Shown here piece by piece: positions 1 to 10,361 of a stretch of 64,000 nucleotides of DNA; position 1 is the stretch's first letter; each line of letters begins with the position of its first letter. Source of the stretch: Trueperaceae bacterium (GTDB lineage: Bacteria > Deinococcota > Deinococci > Deinococcales > Trueperaceae). The stretch is taken from positions 1,376,001 to 1,440,000 of the forward strand of contig CBDCDZ010000004.1 in assembly GCA_965215565.1 (NCBI GenBank), read 5' to 3'. The position numbers were made by a program, and so were the translations under genes. The notes beneath the pieces were generated by a model, which saw nothing but the letters and a program-made list of their open reading frames with translations, did no database searches and was not told where the DNA came from.

Positions 1-519
1 ATGAAAAGAGAGGTCATCTACGGCGGCAATATCATCACCGTCGTCAAACTCGACGATCACTGGGAAGTCGTCGAGCATACGGCGGCGGTCTGCGTGCTCG
101 CTTTGCGAGACGGCGAAAGAGGTCAAGAGGTTTTGGGCGTGGTACAGCCGCGTCCGGCTATTCAAGTGGATACGTGGGAACTGCCAGCCGGGTTAGTCGA
201 AGAGGGCGAAGAGCCTAGAGACGCCGCGCTGCGCGAATTCGCTGAGGAGTGCCAACTCACGGGCGACTTAACCCTTCTGACGCAGGTGCACTCGAGTCCC
301 GGCTTCTGCACCGAAAAGGCTTACGTTTACGAAGCGACGAACTTGCAACCTGCCGAGGGCACGCCCGACGCGAGCGAAGATATCACCCTCTCGTGGCGCA
401 ATTTGGAAGAGGTCTGGCGGGAGGTCTCGAGCGGTCAAACGCAAAGCAGCGCCCACGCTCTCATCGCCCTGACCTACGCCCTCGGACGTAGTGGACGTTT
501 GGGCGGACCTGGTTCTTGA
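1..519 (+). CDS. NUDIX hydrolase (ADP-ribose pyrophosphatase-like)
   Basis: Nudix box GLVEEGEEPRDAALREFAEECQ, preceded by WELPAG and followed by SPGF. Confidence 0.9.
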   Translation: MKREVIYGGNIITVVKLDDHWEVVEHTAAVCVLALRDGERGQEVLGVVQPRPAIQVDTWELPAGLVEEGEEPRDAALREFAEECQLTGDLTLLTQVHSSPGFCTEKAYVYEATNLQPAEGTPDASEDITLSWRNLEEVWREVSSGQTQSSAHALIALTYALGRSGRLGGPGS

Positions 520-1426
520 ACCCCGGAACTTCTCCTTGAATAGTGCCTCCTCTCTCAACGACTTGGATTCGACAGGCGCGGTCATCTGTATCGGCAACTT
601 CGACGGCGTTCACTTGGGTCATCAGATGCTCTTAGAAGAAATGCGCGCGGTTAGTGAGCGTCAGAGTATACCGAGCATCGTCGTCACCTTTTTTCCGCCT
701 GCCAAAGTCGTGTTTGGCAAAGGCAGCTATTTAACGAGCCGCGAGGAGAAAATCCACCTCTTAGGGGCGTTCGAGCCGGACGCTGTGGTGATAACGGAGT
801 TTAGCCTCGAGTACGCTCAAACCCCCAAAGAGGTCTTTTTAGACGAACTGCGCCGCGTGAGTCCGAGCCACATTATCGTCGGCGAGGACTTCCGCTTCGG
901 TCACAAGCGGAGCGGCGGGCTAGACGATTTGCAGCACGTGACTGAGCGCTTGGAGGTTTTCGGACTCAAAAAGTTAGACGATGATCCTATTAAATCTTCA
1001 CGTATCCGCGAGCTTCTGCAAGTGGGCAACGTGGAGGAGGCGAAGCGGTTCTTGGGTCATAGCTACCTCGCTATTGGTGAGGTCGTAGAGGGCGAGAAGC
1101 GCGGGCGCAGCATCGGTTTTCCCACAGCGAATATCAAGCTCCCTCCTGAAAAGGCGTTGCCGCTCGGTGTGTTCGCTGTTCGGGTAGAGACGCCGGGAGG
1201 GGAGTTCGGCGGCATGGCGAACGTCGGACCGCGTCCGAGTTTTCCCGAGGAGCCGCCCTCGTTGGAGGTCTACCTCTTCGACTTTGGGGGCGACTTGTAC
1301 GGAGAGACGCTCACCGTGTCGTTCGAGCACTTTATACGCGGTCAGATCAAGTTTTCGGGCTTAGAAGAGGTCAAGGCGCAACTTACTAAGGATGAGGAAC
1401 AAGCAAGAGGTCTTTTGCAGCGCTAG
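491..1426 (+). CDS. ribF: Bifunctional riboflavin kinase / FMN adenylyltransferase
   Basis: IGNFDGVHLGHQ, VGEDFRFG, SSRIRELL, GRSIGFPTAN and NVGPRPSF motifs; the true start may be slightly downstream. Confidence 0.95.
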   Translation: MDVWADLVLEPRNFSLNSASSLNDLDSTGAVICIGNFDGVHLGHQMLLEEMRAVSERQSIPSIVVTFFPPAKVVFGKGSYLTSREEKIHLLGAFEPDAVVITEFSLEYAQTPKEVFLDELRRVSPSHIIVGEDFRFGHKRSGGLDDLQHVTERLEVFGLKKLDDDPIKSSRIRELLQVGNVEEAKRFLGHSYLAIGEVVEGEKRGRSIGFPTANIKLPPEKALPLGVFAVRVETPGGEFGGMANVGPRPSFPEEPPSLEVYLFDFGGDLYGETLTVSFEHFIRGQIKFSGLEEVKAQLTKDEEQARGLLQR

Positions 1427-1458
1427 CCGAAGATTTCGCCTAGCGGAAGTTCCCAGTT

Positions 1459-1809
1459 AGAGAAAAGAGGTCGGACGTTCACAGCGGCGCGTTCGGCTCG
1501 AGCTGGACGCCTAAAGAATACCTCAAGGTCATGCGGACGCCTGGCTTCGACGCGGGGCGCGAACTGGTCGTAGTTGCACCTGAGGGACGTTTTGCAGCCT
1601 TTCTCGTCTATTGGCTGGACCCGGTGAGCAAAACGGGGCTGTTCGAACCCGTAGGATGTCACGAAGACTTCCGGTGTTTAGGGTTGAGCAAAGCGCTCAT
1701 GGTCGAGGCGATGAAGCGGATGATGGACGCTGGTATGGAAAGAGCCGTGGTGGGGTATAGCAGCGGCAACGTAGCGGCTAGGAAGCTGTACGCTTCGGTT
1801 GGGTTTTAG
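1459..1809 (+). pseudogene. N-terminally truncated GNAT acetyltransferase remnant
   Basis: GNAT C-terminal motifs (FEPVGCHEDFRCLGLSKALM, NVAARKLYASVGF). Protein-like sequence continues upstream of the ATG at 1531 to an in-frame stop at 1441, with no start or RBS. Confidence 0.55.
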
Positions 1810-1883
1810 AGGCACATTAGGACGTTCGACTGCGACGTTCATTTGGATGGTGGGCGAGGTTGAGCCTCGAGGGAGGAGAAACG

Positions 1884-3032
1884 ATGATACGCCTCAAGAT
1901 GGGCATGGTAGGCGGCGGCAAGGACGCCTTTATCGGCGCGGTGCACCGCCGCGCCGCTGCGCTGGACGGCGGCACCGACTTCGTTGCGGGCGCACTCTCC
2001 TCGACGCCGGAGAAGGCGAAGGCGTCCGGGCGCGCGCTCGGCTTGGCGGAGGGGCGCAACTACGGCACCTGGGAGGAGATGCTGGAGCGCGAGCTTTCCC
2101 TGAGCGAAGACGAACGCATCGACTTCGTCTCGGTGGTCACACCCAACCACCTGCACTTTTCGGTGGCGCACGCCTTTGTGGAGGCGGGCTTTAACGTCGT
2201 GTCTGACAAGCCGCTGGTTCACACTTCCGAGCAAGCGGAGCAGCTCATCAAAGCGGTAGAGAGAACGGGCGTCGTCTTCGCCGTGACCTACAACTACACG
2301 GGCTATCCGCTGGTCAAACAGGCGCGGCACATGGTCAAGGAGGGTCAGCTCGGCGAACTGCGCAAGGTCATCGTGGAGTACAACCAGGGCTGGCTGGCGA
2401 CCAAGTTGGAGGACGAGGGCACGAAAGGAGCCGAGTGGCGCACCGACCCCGAGCGTTCGGGCGTCGCGGGCACCGTGGGCGACATCGGTTCACACGCGGA
2501 GAACTTAGTAGCGACGATTACGGAGCTAGAACTCAGCGCCCTCTGCGCCGACCTCACGACCTTCGTGCCGGGGCGCAAGTTGGACGACGACGCCAACCTC
2601 TTGCTGCGTTTCGCGGGCGGCGCGAAAGGGGTGCTGATCTGCTCGCAGATTGCAACGGGCGAGGAGAACGCGCTGCGCCTCCGCGTCTACGGCGATAAGG
2701 GCGGGCTCGAGTGGTTCCAAGAGGAGCCCAACACGCTGACCTTTAGACCGTTGGGGGGTCCCGCAAAGGTCCTTAGACCGGGCAATCCGTATCTCTGCGA
2801 GGCGGCGCAAAGGGCGAGCTGCTTCCCGCCCGGTCATCCTGAAGCGTTTTTAGAAGCCTTCGCCAACGTTTACGGGAATGTGACGGCAACGATAAGGGCG
2901 AGAAGAGAGGGGCGCGAGCCGGACGCGCTCGAGCGGGACTTTCCCACGGTTTACGACGGAGCAAGAGGCGTGCGCTTCACCGAAAAAACTGTCGAGAGTG
3001 CCAAAAGTCAAGAGAAGTGGACGGCGGTGTAA
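1884..3032 (+). CDS. Gfo/Idh/MocA family oxidoreductase
   Basis: GMVGGG-AFIG, VTPNHLH, DKP and GDIGSHA motifs; RBS GGAGGAG before ATG 1884. Confidence 0.92.
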   Translation: MIRLKMGMVGGGKDAFIGAVHRRAAALDGGTDFVAGALSSTPEKAKASGRALGLAEGRNYGTWEEMLERELSLSEDERIDFVSVVTPNHLHFSVAHAFVEAGFNVVSDKPLVHTSEQAEQLIKAVERTGVVFAVTYNYTGYPLVKQARHMVKEGQLGELRKVIVEYNQGWLATKLEDEGTKGAEWRTDPERSGVAGTVGDIGSHAENLVATITELELSALCADLTTFVPGRKLDDDANLLLRFAGGAKGVLICSQIATGEENALRLRVYGDKGGLEWFQEEPNTLTFRPLGGPAKVLRPGNPYLCEAAQRASCFPPGHPEAFLEAFANVYGNVTATIRARREGREPDALERDFPTVYDGARGVRFTEKTVESAKSQEKWTAV

Positions 3033-3161
3033 AACAGGTCTACACCTCATCCGCCTTCGCGAATACGCGGATGAGCACCACTACCTATCTAAACGTTTCG
3101 TCCGTCCTACACTCTCCCTCTATAATTGATTTGCAAGGCTCTATCTGCTCGGTCCATATCC

Positions 3162-4067
3162 CTATACCGTGTTGAACGCACCTCTTAATACCTGCCAGTA
3201 GCGAACGGGCAAAAGGCGCTGTGTCACGTCTATAACCTGCGCGTCCGCGCCGATGAGCACGCGGTCCCTGCGACGCTGAACCGCGCGCAAAATCACCTCG
3301 GCAGCCTCGTCGGGCGCGGTTCTAAAACTCTGACTGAAGCGCTCCATCTCCCGCCGCGCAACCACGGGGTCAACTGTGGCAGCCACCCGCGCCCCGAGTG
3401 CGATGTTCGTCTTGACGCCGCCCGGATGAACGACGCTTACGCCTAGACGTCCGCGAAGTTCGTGGCGCAACACCTCACTGAAGCCGCGCACGGCGAACTT
3501 GCTCGACGAATACGCCGCTTGCCCTTCCGGGGCGATAAGGCCGAAGACGCTGGATAAGTTCACCAGATGCGCCCCCTTTACGCGAAGAAGGTGCGGCAAA
3601 CACGCCTTGGTGAGCGCCACCACCGCGCGAAAGTTGATGTTTATCAGCCACTCGAACTCCTCTAAGCTGACCTCTTCGAAGCGCCCGCCGAGCGCCACGC
3701 CCGCGTTGTTGACGAGCAGCGTGAGGCGTCCGTGTTCGCGCAAAACATCGGTGACGAGCGCCTCGATGTCCTCGTGCTGTGAGAGGTCTAAGACGTGCGT
3801 GCTGACCTTCACGCCGCGCTGCCGCACCTTAACCGCCACCTCTTCGAGCCCTGCCGCGTTCCGGTCTACGAGCGCGAGGTGCGTCCCCCTAGCTGCTAAC
3901 CCCTCCGCCAAGGCGCGCCCGATACCGCTCGCCGCGCCCGTGAGGAGCGCGACGCCGTCCCTAAAAACAAAGGGGTCCAGCGGGGGTTTCATACGACGCT
4001 CGAGCGTAGCCGCAACGCCTAAGCCCGCGAGACCTGCGCCGATAAGTGCGATTTGAGCTGGTTTCAC
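3162..4067 (-). CDS. Short-chain dehydrogenase/reductase
   Basis: TGAASGIG, NNAG and catalytic YSSSK motifs. Confidence 0.92.
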   Translation of the reverse strand: MKPAQIALIGAGLAGLGVAATLERRMKPPLDPFVFRDGVALLTGAASGIGRALAEGLAARGTHLALVDRNAAGLEEVAVKVRQRGVKVSTHVLDLSQHEDIEALVTDVLREHGRLTLLVNNAGVALGGRFEEVSLEEFEWLININFRAVVALTKACLPHLLRVKGAHLVNLSSVFGLIAPEGQAAYSSSKFAVRGFSEVLRHELRGRLGVSVVHPGGVKTNIALGARVAATVDPVVARREMERFSQSFRTAPDEAAEVILRAVQRRRDRVLIGADAQVIDVTQRLLPVRYWQVLRGAFNTV

Positions 4068-4999
4068 CTCTTGACCTCCAGGTTGTCTAAAAAGTTCAGC
4101 ACTAAAGCGTTGAAGTCGGCAGATTGCTCGAGCTGCGGCGCGTGCCCCGTGTCCCTAAAAAGATGCGTTTGCGCGTGCGGGTAGCGCTGCGCGGCGCTCT
4201 CCAGATGCGCAGCGGGCAACACCTCATCGTACTCGCCCCAGATGATAAGTGTAGGAAGCTCGAGTTCGGCGAGGCGGCGGCTCAGTTCCTCGCGCCAAGC
4301 TGCTCTAACGCCGCGCCACGTGCCCAAGTTGCGCGCCGCAGCGAGAAACGCCCGCGCCGCACCGGGTTGTCGCGCCACATTCAAGCTGTGCGTGATGCGT
4401 TCTTCCGTCGCTAAACTAGGACCATGAACGAGGCTGCGGACGGTATTTTCGGCGCTGCGCCTCGAGGGTTTCATGAGCAGCTCGCCCAGACCGGGCACCG
4501 TGATGAGCCGCAGTGCGAGGATGACCTCTTTACCGAAGCCCGCGCTCGCCACAAGTACAAGTGCCGTCAAACGTTCTGGATACTGCGCGGCGAAAGTTTG
4601 CGCAACCGCGCCGCCTAATGAGTTGCCTAGCAAAGTAGCGGGTCTCGTCTCCCCTACCGCGTCCAAAAAGTCTTTGACAAACGTCGCTAACTGCGCCAAC
4701 GTGTAGGAAATGTCTGGCTTGTCCGTATAGCCAAAGCCGATGAGGTCAGGAGCGTAGAGGCGGTAGCGTTCAGCGAGAGGTGCAGACGCTGACCAGTCCT
4801 CCAAACTGCGCCCGATGCCGTGTAAGAGGACGAGAGGTGGACGTTCTGCACTTCCCGCGACAGCGTAACGGGTACGCACATTCTGACCTTGACTGCGAAC
4901 GTCGCACCACTCGAGCCGCCAATCTAAATTCACCTCATCCGAAGCTAAATGTGGCATAGTGCTTTCTACCACGCTCGACCTCTCGCCGTACGTGTACAC
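4064..4999 (-). CDS. Alpha/beta fold hydrolase
   Basis: LLHG, DLIGFG, nucleophile motif GNSLGG, GH catalytic His; overlaps the SDR start by 4 nt. Confidence 0.9.
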   Translation of the reverse strand: MYTYGERSSVVESTMPHLASDEVNLDWRLEWCDVRSQGQNVRTRYAVAGSAERPPLVLLHGIGRSLEDWSASAPLAERYRLYAPDLIGFGYTDKPDISYTLAQLATFVKDFLDAVGETRPATLLGNSLGGAVAQTFAAQYPERLTALVLVASAGFGKEVILALRLITVPGLGELLMKPSRRSAENTVRSLVHGPSLATEERITHSLNVARQPGAARAFLAAARNLGTWRGVRAAWREELSRRLAELELPTLIIWGEYDEVLPAAHLESAAQRYPHAQTHLFRDTGHAPQLEQSADFNALVLNFLDNLEVKR

Positions 5000-5911
5000 T
5001 CAGGGCTCGAGCGGGCGAATCCACGGGCTCTCTAGCTCCGCCACCGCCTCGCGCAGCATCGTGGCGAGGACTTTTGAAAGCTGTGAGCGGTACTGCTGCT
5101 GCCGCCACAAGCAGCCCACAGTGCGCTCCGGTTTCGGGTTGCGCAGGGGGATACCCCTCACATGAGGGTCAGCGGAAGAGGTCAGCGCCATCGCGGGCAC
5201 CACCGCCGCCGCCGCCATGTAGCGCACGCTCACGATGACGCTCGCGATAGAACTCATCTCGGCGACGGTGTGGGTGTGGATACCTGCCGCCTCACAACAC
5301 GCCTCCCAGATGCGCTTCGAGCCCGGCACGATGTTGACCATCGCCGCGCCCTCTAGCTCGGGCACCGCCACCTCTTCGCGCCCCCAAAAGGGGTGCGTGT
5401 CGGGCACGACGAGCATGAGTTCTTCCCTGAAGAGCGGCTCGGTCACGAAGTCGGGCTGGTGCTCCCACAAAAAGCCGATGCCCACGTCGAACTCACCCCT
5501 CGAGAGCTGCGGCTCGATCTGGTCACTCGCCAGCTCGCGGATGTTGACCGACACGCCGGGGTAGCGCTTGCCGAACTTCGCCAAAGTGCGCGGCATGAGG
5601 TTGATGTTGACGCTCTGCACCGTGCCGATGGTGAGGTGCCCGCGCTCCAACCGCTCGACTTCGCTCATGACGAGCCTGGCTTCGTGGAGTTCTTGCAGGA
5701 CACGCCGCGCGTAGGGTAAAAAGGCTCCCCCCGCCGAGGTCAGGGTGACGCCGCGCTTGCTGCGCTCTAAGAGAACGGCGCTGAGGATGTGCTCGAGCCG
5801 TTTGAGCTGCTGCGACAGCGCAGGTTGCGACACGCCTAGCCGCTCGGCGGCGCGGGTCACGTTGCCCTCCTCGACGGCAACCACGAAATACCTGAGCAGC
5901 TTCTCGTCCAT
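5000..5911 (-). CDS. LysR family transcriptional regulator
   Basis: N-terminal HTH (TRAAERLGVSQPALSQQLKRLE), ~300 aa, divergent from the TRAP operon. Confidence 0.93.
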   Translation of the reverse strand: MDEKLLRYFVVAVEEGNVTRAAERLGVSQPALSQQLKRLEHILSAVLLERSKRGVTLTSAGGAFLPYARRVLQELHEARLVMSEVERLERGHLTIGTVQSVNINLMPRTLAKFGKRYPGVSVNIRELASDQIEPQLSRGEFDVGIGFLWEHQPDFVTEPLFREELMLVVPDTHPFWGREEVAVPELEGAAMVNIVPGSKRIWEACCEAAGIHTHTVAEMSSIASVIVSVRYMAAAAVVPAMALTSSADPHVRGIPLRNPKPERTVGCLWRQQQYRSQLSKVLATMLREAVAELESPWIRPLEP

Positions 5912-6022
5912 TCATAAGTTTATCTTATCGTTATTATATGTTTCTAGTTATTTTACTTATCGTCAAATGTAGGTTACACTAATATGTCCTTGCGGGCAAA
6001 ATCAATTTCTGGAGGCCAAATA

Positions 6023-7024
6023 ATGCGTCATCAACCTTGGCGAAGCTCCCTTATCGGCGGCTTCATCCTTATCCTCTGCCTTGCGCTTGCGTTCGGCACC
6101 GCATTCGCTCAGCGTCAGTTCCTTTCGATCGGTGGTGGCTCCACGGGCGGCACCTTCAACACCTTCGCCTCGGGCGTTGGCGACTTCTTGTCGCAGAATA
6201 TCGACGGGCTCAACCTCACCGTGGAGGGCTCGGCAGGCTCAGCAGAGAACATCCGCCGCATCCAACAGGGCGACATGGACATGGGCATCGCCTTCGCTGG
6301 GGACGCATTTTTGGGCTACAACGGCGAGGGCGTCTTCGCCGAAGGGGGTCCATATGACGGCGTTCGCGCCATCGGCTTCCTCTACAGCGCCGTGTCGCAA
6401 CTCGTGACCTTAGAGGAGACGGGCATTACCTCCGCCGAACAGTTGGCGGGCGAAGCCGTCGCTGTCGGCGGCGCAGGCTCGGGCACGCAGCTCTCCTTAG
6501 AGCGCCTCCTGACCACGCTCGGCGTCTACAGCGAAATCGACCCGGTACTCGTCGCTGGACAGAACGCCTCAGATCAGCTCAAAAATCGCCAGGTCGCGGC
6601 GTACCACGCGCTCTTCGGCGTGCCGAACGCAACGGTGACCGACACCTCTTCGACGAACAACGTGGTTATTCTGAGCACCTACGACGCGGCGGAAGAGGCG
6701 GGCTTTTTCGAGCAGTACCCCTTCTACTCGGAGTACGTGATTCCGGCGGGCACCTTTAACGGCGTGGACGAAGATGTGACCACCTTTCGCGACGCGGGGC
6801 TCTGGATCGTCTCCGCCGACGCGGACGAAGAGTTGGTCTATCAGATGACCAAAACCATCTATGATCAAGCGGGCTTAGACCACATGAACCAAGTGACGGC
6901 TGTCGCCTCGGAGATGGGACCGGACAACGCTTTAGTCGGCGTGCAGATTCCACTTCACCCCGGCGCGGCGCGCTACTGGGAAGAGGTCGGCGTCGAAATT
7001 CCCGACGCGGCGCAACCGCAGTAA
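6023..7024 (+). CDS. TAXI family TRAP transporter solute receptor
   Basis: Signal peptide; GGSTGGTF, GSAENI and IPLHPGAARYWEE motifs; RBS GGAGG. Confidence 0.92.
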   Translation: MRHQPWRSSLIGGFILILCLALAFGTAFAQRQFLSIGGGSTGGTFNTFASGVGDFLSQNIDGLNLTVEGSAGSAENIRRIQQGDMDMGIAFAGDAFLGYNGEGVFAEGGPYDGVRAIGFLYSAVSQLVTLEETGITSAEQLAGEAVAVGGAGSGTQLSLERLLTTLGVYSEIDPVLVAGQNASDQLKNRQVAAYHALFGVPNATVTDTSSTNNVVILSTYDAAEEAGFFEQYPFYSEYVIPAGTFNGVDEDVTTFRDAGLWIVSADADEELVYQMTKTIYDQAGLDHMNQVTAVASEMGPDNALVGVQIPLHPGAARYWEEVGVEIPDAAQPQ

Positions 7025-7095
7025 ACGTTGTTTATAGGTCTTTAGAGGCGGGGTAACTCGCCTCTTCTTTCATGAGGAGTCATTAGGAGAACAAC

Positions 7096-9165
7096 ATGGC
7101 ACGCGGTAAAGACCCTAAGCGCGACCTGACCAAATCTGACAGGGCTGAAGCTGGTGACGTCGTCGCGCCTGCGGACAACGTCGCCCCCGAAGACGCAGCG
7201 GCGGCGAACCAAGAGGACGTTCAGGCGTTAGAAGCCTCCGTCAGCGGCAACGCGCCCCTGAATCGCCCCTGGGAACTCATCGTTAATATTTTGGCGGCAG
7301 GAATGTCGTCTTATTACCTCTACGCGGCGCTCTTCGGCGCGACGCGCCTAGAGGTCTATTTGGGCGTTTACGTCGGGCTCACCTACGCGCTCATCTTTTT
7401 GGTTTATCCGCTTAAACGCGGGAGCCTGAAGTTCAGACCCACCCTCTTAGACGTCGGGCTCGCAGTTCTGTCCGTCGCAGTGGTCAGCTACTGGGTCATC
7501 AACTATCAAGCGCTGACCTACCGTGCGGGCTCCGCCACGACGCTCGACCACACCATGTCGTTGCTGATGATCATCTTGTCGCTCGAGATAGGCAGGCGCG
7601 CACTCGGTTGGGTCATGCCCATCGTCGGCGTCGTCCTCATGGTCTACGCTTACTTCGGACCTTATATGCCGCTCATCGTCGCGCATAGGGGCTACGGTTT
7701 AGGACGCATCGGCGAAGCCGTCTTTTTAGACGAGCGCGGCGTGTGGGGCACGATGGCGCAGGTCTTGGTCAACTTCGTCATCATCTTTATTTTCTTCGGC
7801 GCGTTCTTGAACCGCTCGGGCGTCGGGCAGTTCTTTATCGACCTAGCGCTGGGCGTCGCGGGGCGCGCGACGGGTGGACCCGCGAAGGTCTCCGTTTTAG
7901 CGTCCGCGCTGATGGGCTCGATCTCGGGCTCAGCCATCGCCAACACCGTCTCGACGGGTACGCTCACGATTCCCCTGATGAAAAAGACCGGCTTCAAGCC
8001 GGAGATGGCGGGCGCAGTCGAGGCGTCGGCGAGCATCAGTGGGATGTTTTTACCGCCCGTGATGGGCGCGGGCGCGTTCGTGATGGTGGAGCTTACGGGC
8101 ATCCCGTACACCCATATCATGCTCGCGTCGATCGTACCCGCCTTTATCTACGTGCTTTCCATCTGGATGAACGTGCATTTCGAAGCGAAGCGCTTGGGGC
8201 TTAAAGGGGTGCCCGTCGCAGACCTGCCGAAACTCGGCGAGACCTTGAAGAGTGGCTGGTTCTTGGCGCTCCCCCTCATCCTCCTCGTGACGCTGCTCAT
8301 CATGGGGCGCTCGCCCGGCTACGCCGCGTTTTGGGGCACGGCGGCAACGATTCCCGTCTCCTGGTTTACCCAAGACAGCAAGATGGGGCTCAAGCAGATT
8401 TGGGAAGCGCTCGTCGAAGGCGGACGCAACACGCTCGTCATCGGCGCGACGGTGGGGATCATCGGCATCCTCTTAGCGGTCATCAACCTCACGGGCTTGT
8501 CGCAAAAATTCACCACCATCTTCTTGACACTTTCGGGTGGCTCGACGCTCCTTGCCATCCTCTTAGTCGCGCTCGCCTCGCTGATTCTCGGTATGGGGAT
8601 GCCTGTCACCGCCTCGTATCTCGTGACGGCGGTGCTCGCTGTTCCTGCACTGGGTGACCTCGGCGTGTCCGTTTTGGCAGCGCACATGATCGTCTACTGG
8701 CTTTCACAAGACTCAAATATCACGCCGCCCGTGTGCATTGCGGCGTATGCGGGCGCAGCAATCGCGCAAGGGGACCCGTGGAAAACGGGCTGGACCGCCT
8801 TTAAGTACGCCAAGCTGCTCTACGTGATGCCGCTACTCTTTGCCTACACGCCTATCCTGATTGAACCCGGTGGCGCCATAGACATGCACGTCATCACCTC
8901 GTGGATTTCCGCGACGTTAGGGACTATTGCCTTCGCCGCCGTGACCATCGGCTTCTTGCAGCGCAAAACGACGATTCCCGAATGGCTGCTCTTAGCAGGC
9001 GCAACGTTCCTATGTTACATGACGCCGATCTGGACGGATATCGTCGGCGTCGCGCTCGTCGCTGCGCTCTTCTTGATTCAGCGGCGCGTAGAGATCAGCT
9101 TTAGGCGGGGCATACGGACGCTCTCAGCGCAATCCCAAAAAGTCTCTCACACGGGTTCCGACTGA
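7096..9165 (+). CDS. TRAP transporter fused permease (4TM/12TM, TAXI-type)
   Basis: GGPAKVSV, GSAIANTVSTG, PPVMGAGAF and ITPPVC motifs. Confidence 0.93.
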   Translation: MARGKDPKRDLTKSDRAEAGDVVAPADNVAPEDAAAANQEDVQALEASVSGNAPLNRPWELIVNILAAGMSSYYLYAALFGATRLEVYLGVYVGLTYALIFLVYPLKRGSLKFRPTLLDVGLAVLSVAVVSYWVINYQALTYRAGSATTLDHTMSLLMIILSLEIGRRALGWVMPIVGVVLMVYAYFGPYMPLIVAHRGYGLGRIGEAVFLDERGVWGTMAQVLVNFVIIFIFFGAFLNRSGVGQFFIDLALGVAGRATGGPAKVSVLASALMGSISGSAIANTVSTGTLTIPLMKKTGFKPEMAGAVEASASISGMFLPPVMGAGAFVMVELTGIPYTHIMLASIVPAFIYVLSIWMNVHFEAKRLGLKGVPVADLPKLGETLKSGWFLALPLILLVTLLIMGRSPGYAAFWGTAATIPVSWFTQDSKMGLKQIWEALVEGGRNTLVIGATVGIIGILLAVINLTGLSQKFTTIFLTLSGGSTLLAILLVALASLILGMGMPVTASYLVTAVLAVPALGDLGVSVLAAHMIVYWLSQDSNITPPVCIAAYAGAAIAQGDPWKTGWTAFKYAKLLYVMPLLFAYTPILIEPGGAIDMHVITSWISATLGTIAFAAVTIGFLQRKTTIPEWLLLAGATFLCYMTPIWTDIVGVALVAALFLIQRRVEISFRRGIRTLSAQSQKVSHTGSD

Positions 9166-9174
9166 GTAGACTCT

Positions 9175-10125
9175 CTACGGCAACACAAGCTCCGCCACCA
9201 CAGGCAGATGGTCTGACCCGACCGCTCGCCCGACTCGGTAGCCTTCGACTTGCCACGCAGGTGACACAAGGATGTGGTCAATCGGTGCGCTCAGCAGGGG
9301 ACCGCGGTAGGACCAAGTCGGGCGGACGCCGAAGCCTAAGTTGGCGAAGCGTAGCGCGGTCATTCGGGTAAGCTGTTTTACAGGGTGCGACCAGGGCGAA
9401 GCGTTGAAGTCGCCTAAGAGAACAGTGGGGTTCGTGGTCTGCTGCGCGAGCCTCGCTACCGCTCCAAGTTCGTCGTCTCGCCGCGCCGCCCAGCGGCTCC
9501 CGAGCGGCGGGAGAGGGTGAACGCCAAAGAGCGTCACGGGCGCGGGCTCCGCCAGCGTCACCTCGATAATGCGCCTGCCTCTTCCGCCGAGGGGGACGCT
9601 TTTCGCCTCCGCGAAGGGGTAGCGGCTCAGCAGGGCTAAGCCGTAAGTCCCTCGCGTAGACTCGTCATAGATATGCGGATAGAGGTCGCCGACCGTTTCC
9701 CCCAACGCGCGCAGGAGCGCGGGTTTGTTTTCGGAAAGCATCACCACGTCGGCGTTTTCTTCACGGAGATAATCGCTAATCGCGGTGTAGTTTTCGTTAT
9801 CCATGTAGACGTTGAGCGCCATTACGCTAAGTGTCTGGGACGGAGCATCCGTTGGTCCAGTGATGGCTTTTACTGGACCCGGCAGAAAAAAGGGCGCTAA
9901 GAGGTACACGTTCGCGAGCAGTGCGGGCAGCAAAAGCGCGGCGAGTACCCCCGCGCGAAGCAGCGACGCGGCGACAACACAGAGACCGAGCAGCGCGGCG
10001 TATTGCAGGTGAAAGTGTGAAAAGAGGTCCAAGGACCAATGAAAGCGTCCCAAAAAGCTACCTAACGTCAACACGCTCAGGAGCGTACCTAGAGGGATGA
10101 GAAAGCCTAATAGCAGAGACCGCAC
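9175..10125 (-). CDS. Membrane-anchored endonuclease/exonuclease/phosphatase family protein
   Basis: N-terminal TM helices; GDFNA, IDHIL and SDHLPV motifs. Confidence 0.88.
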   Translation of the reverse strand: MRSLLLGFLIPLGTLLSVLTLGSFLGRFHWSLDLFSHFHLQYAALLGLCVVAASLLRAGVLAALLLPALLANVYLLAPFFLPGPVKAITGPTDAPSQTLSVMALNVYMDNENYTAISDYLREENADVVMLSENKPALLRALGETVGDLYPHIYDESTRGTYGLALLSRYPFAEAKSVPLGGRGRRIIEVTLAEPAPVTLFGVHPLPPLGSRWAARRDDELGAVARLAQQTTNPTVLLGDFNASPWSHPVKQLTRMTALRFANLGFGVRPTWSYRGPLLSAPIDHILVSPAWQVEGYRVGRAVGSDHLPVVAELVLP

Positions 10126-10361
10126 CCCTCACTTTACGTCACACCAGCGAAAAGGTGCGCTACATGGCGTGGCTCAAGCTGGGCGGACAAGAGGTCGACG
10201 TTCACCAATCTTTAAGAGAGATGAAAATAAAGTGAGAGTCTGTGTCACATTTGGGCTTGACGAGTCAATTTTGGAGTATTTTGAGTGTAGGAGAGAAAAC
10301 CTGTGTCGCGCTCATTATTCCTATATCGTCGCCTCGAGCCCCTCACCCTGTAAGGACGTGT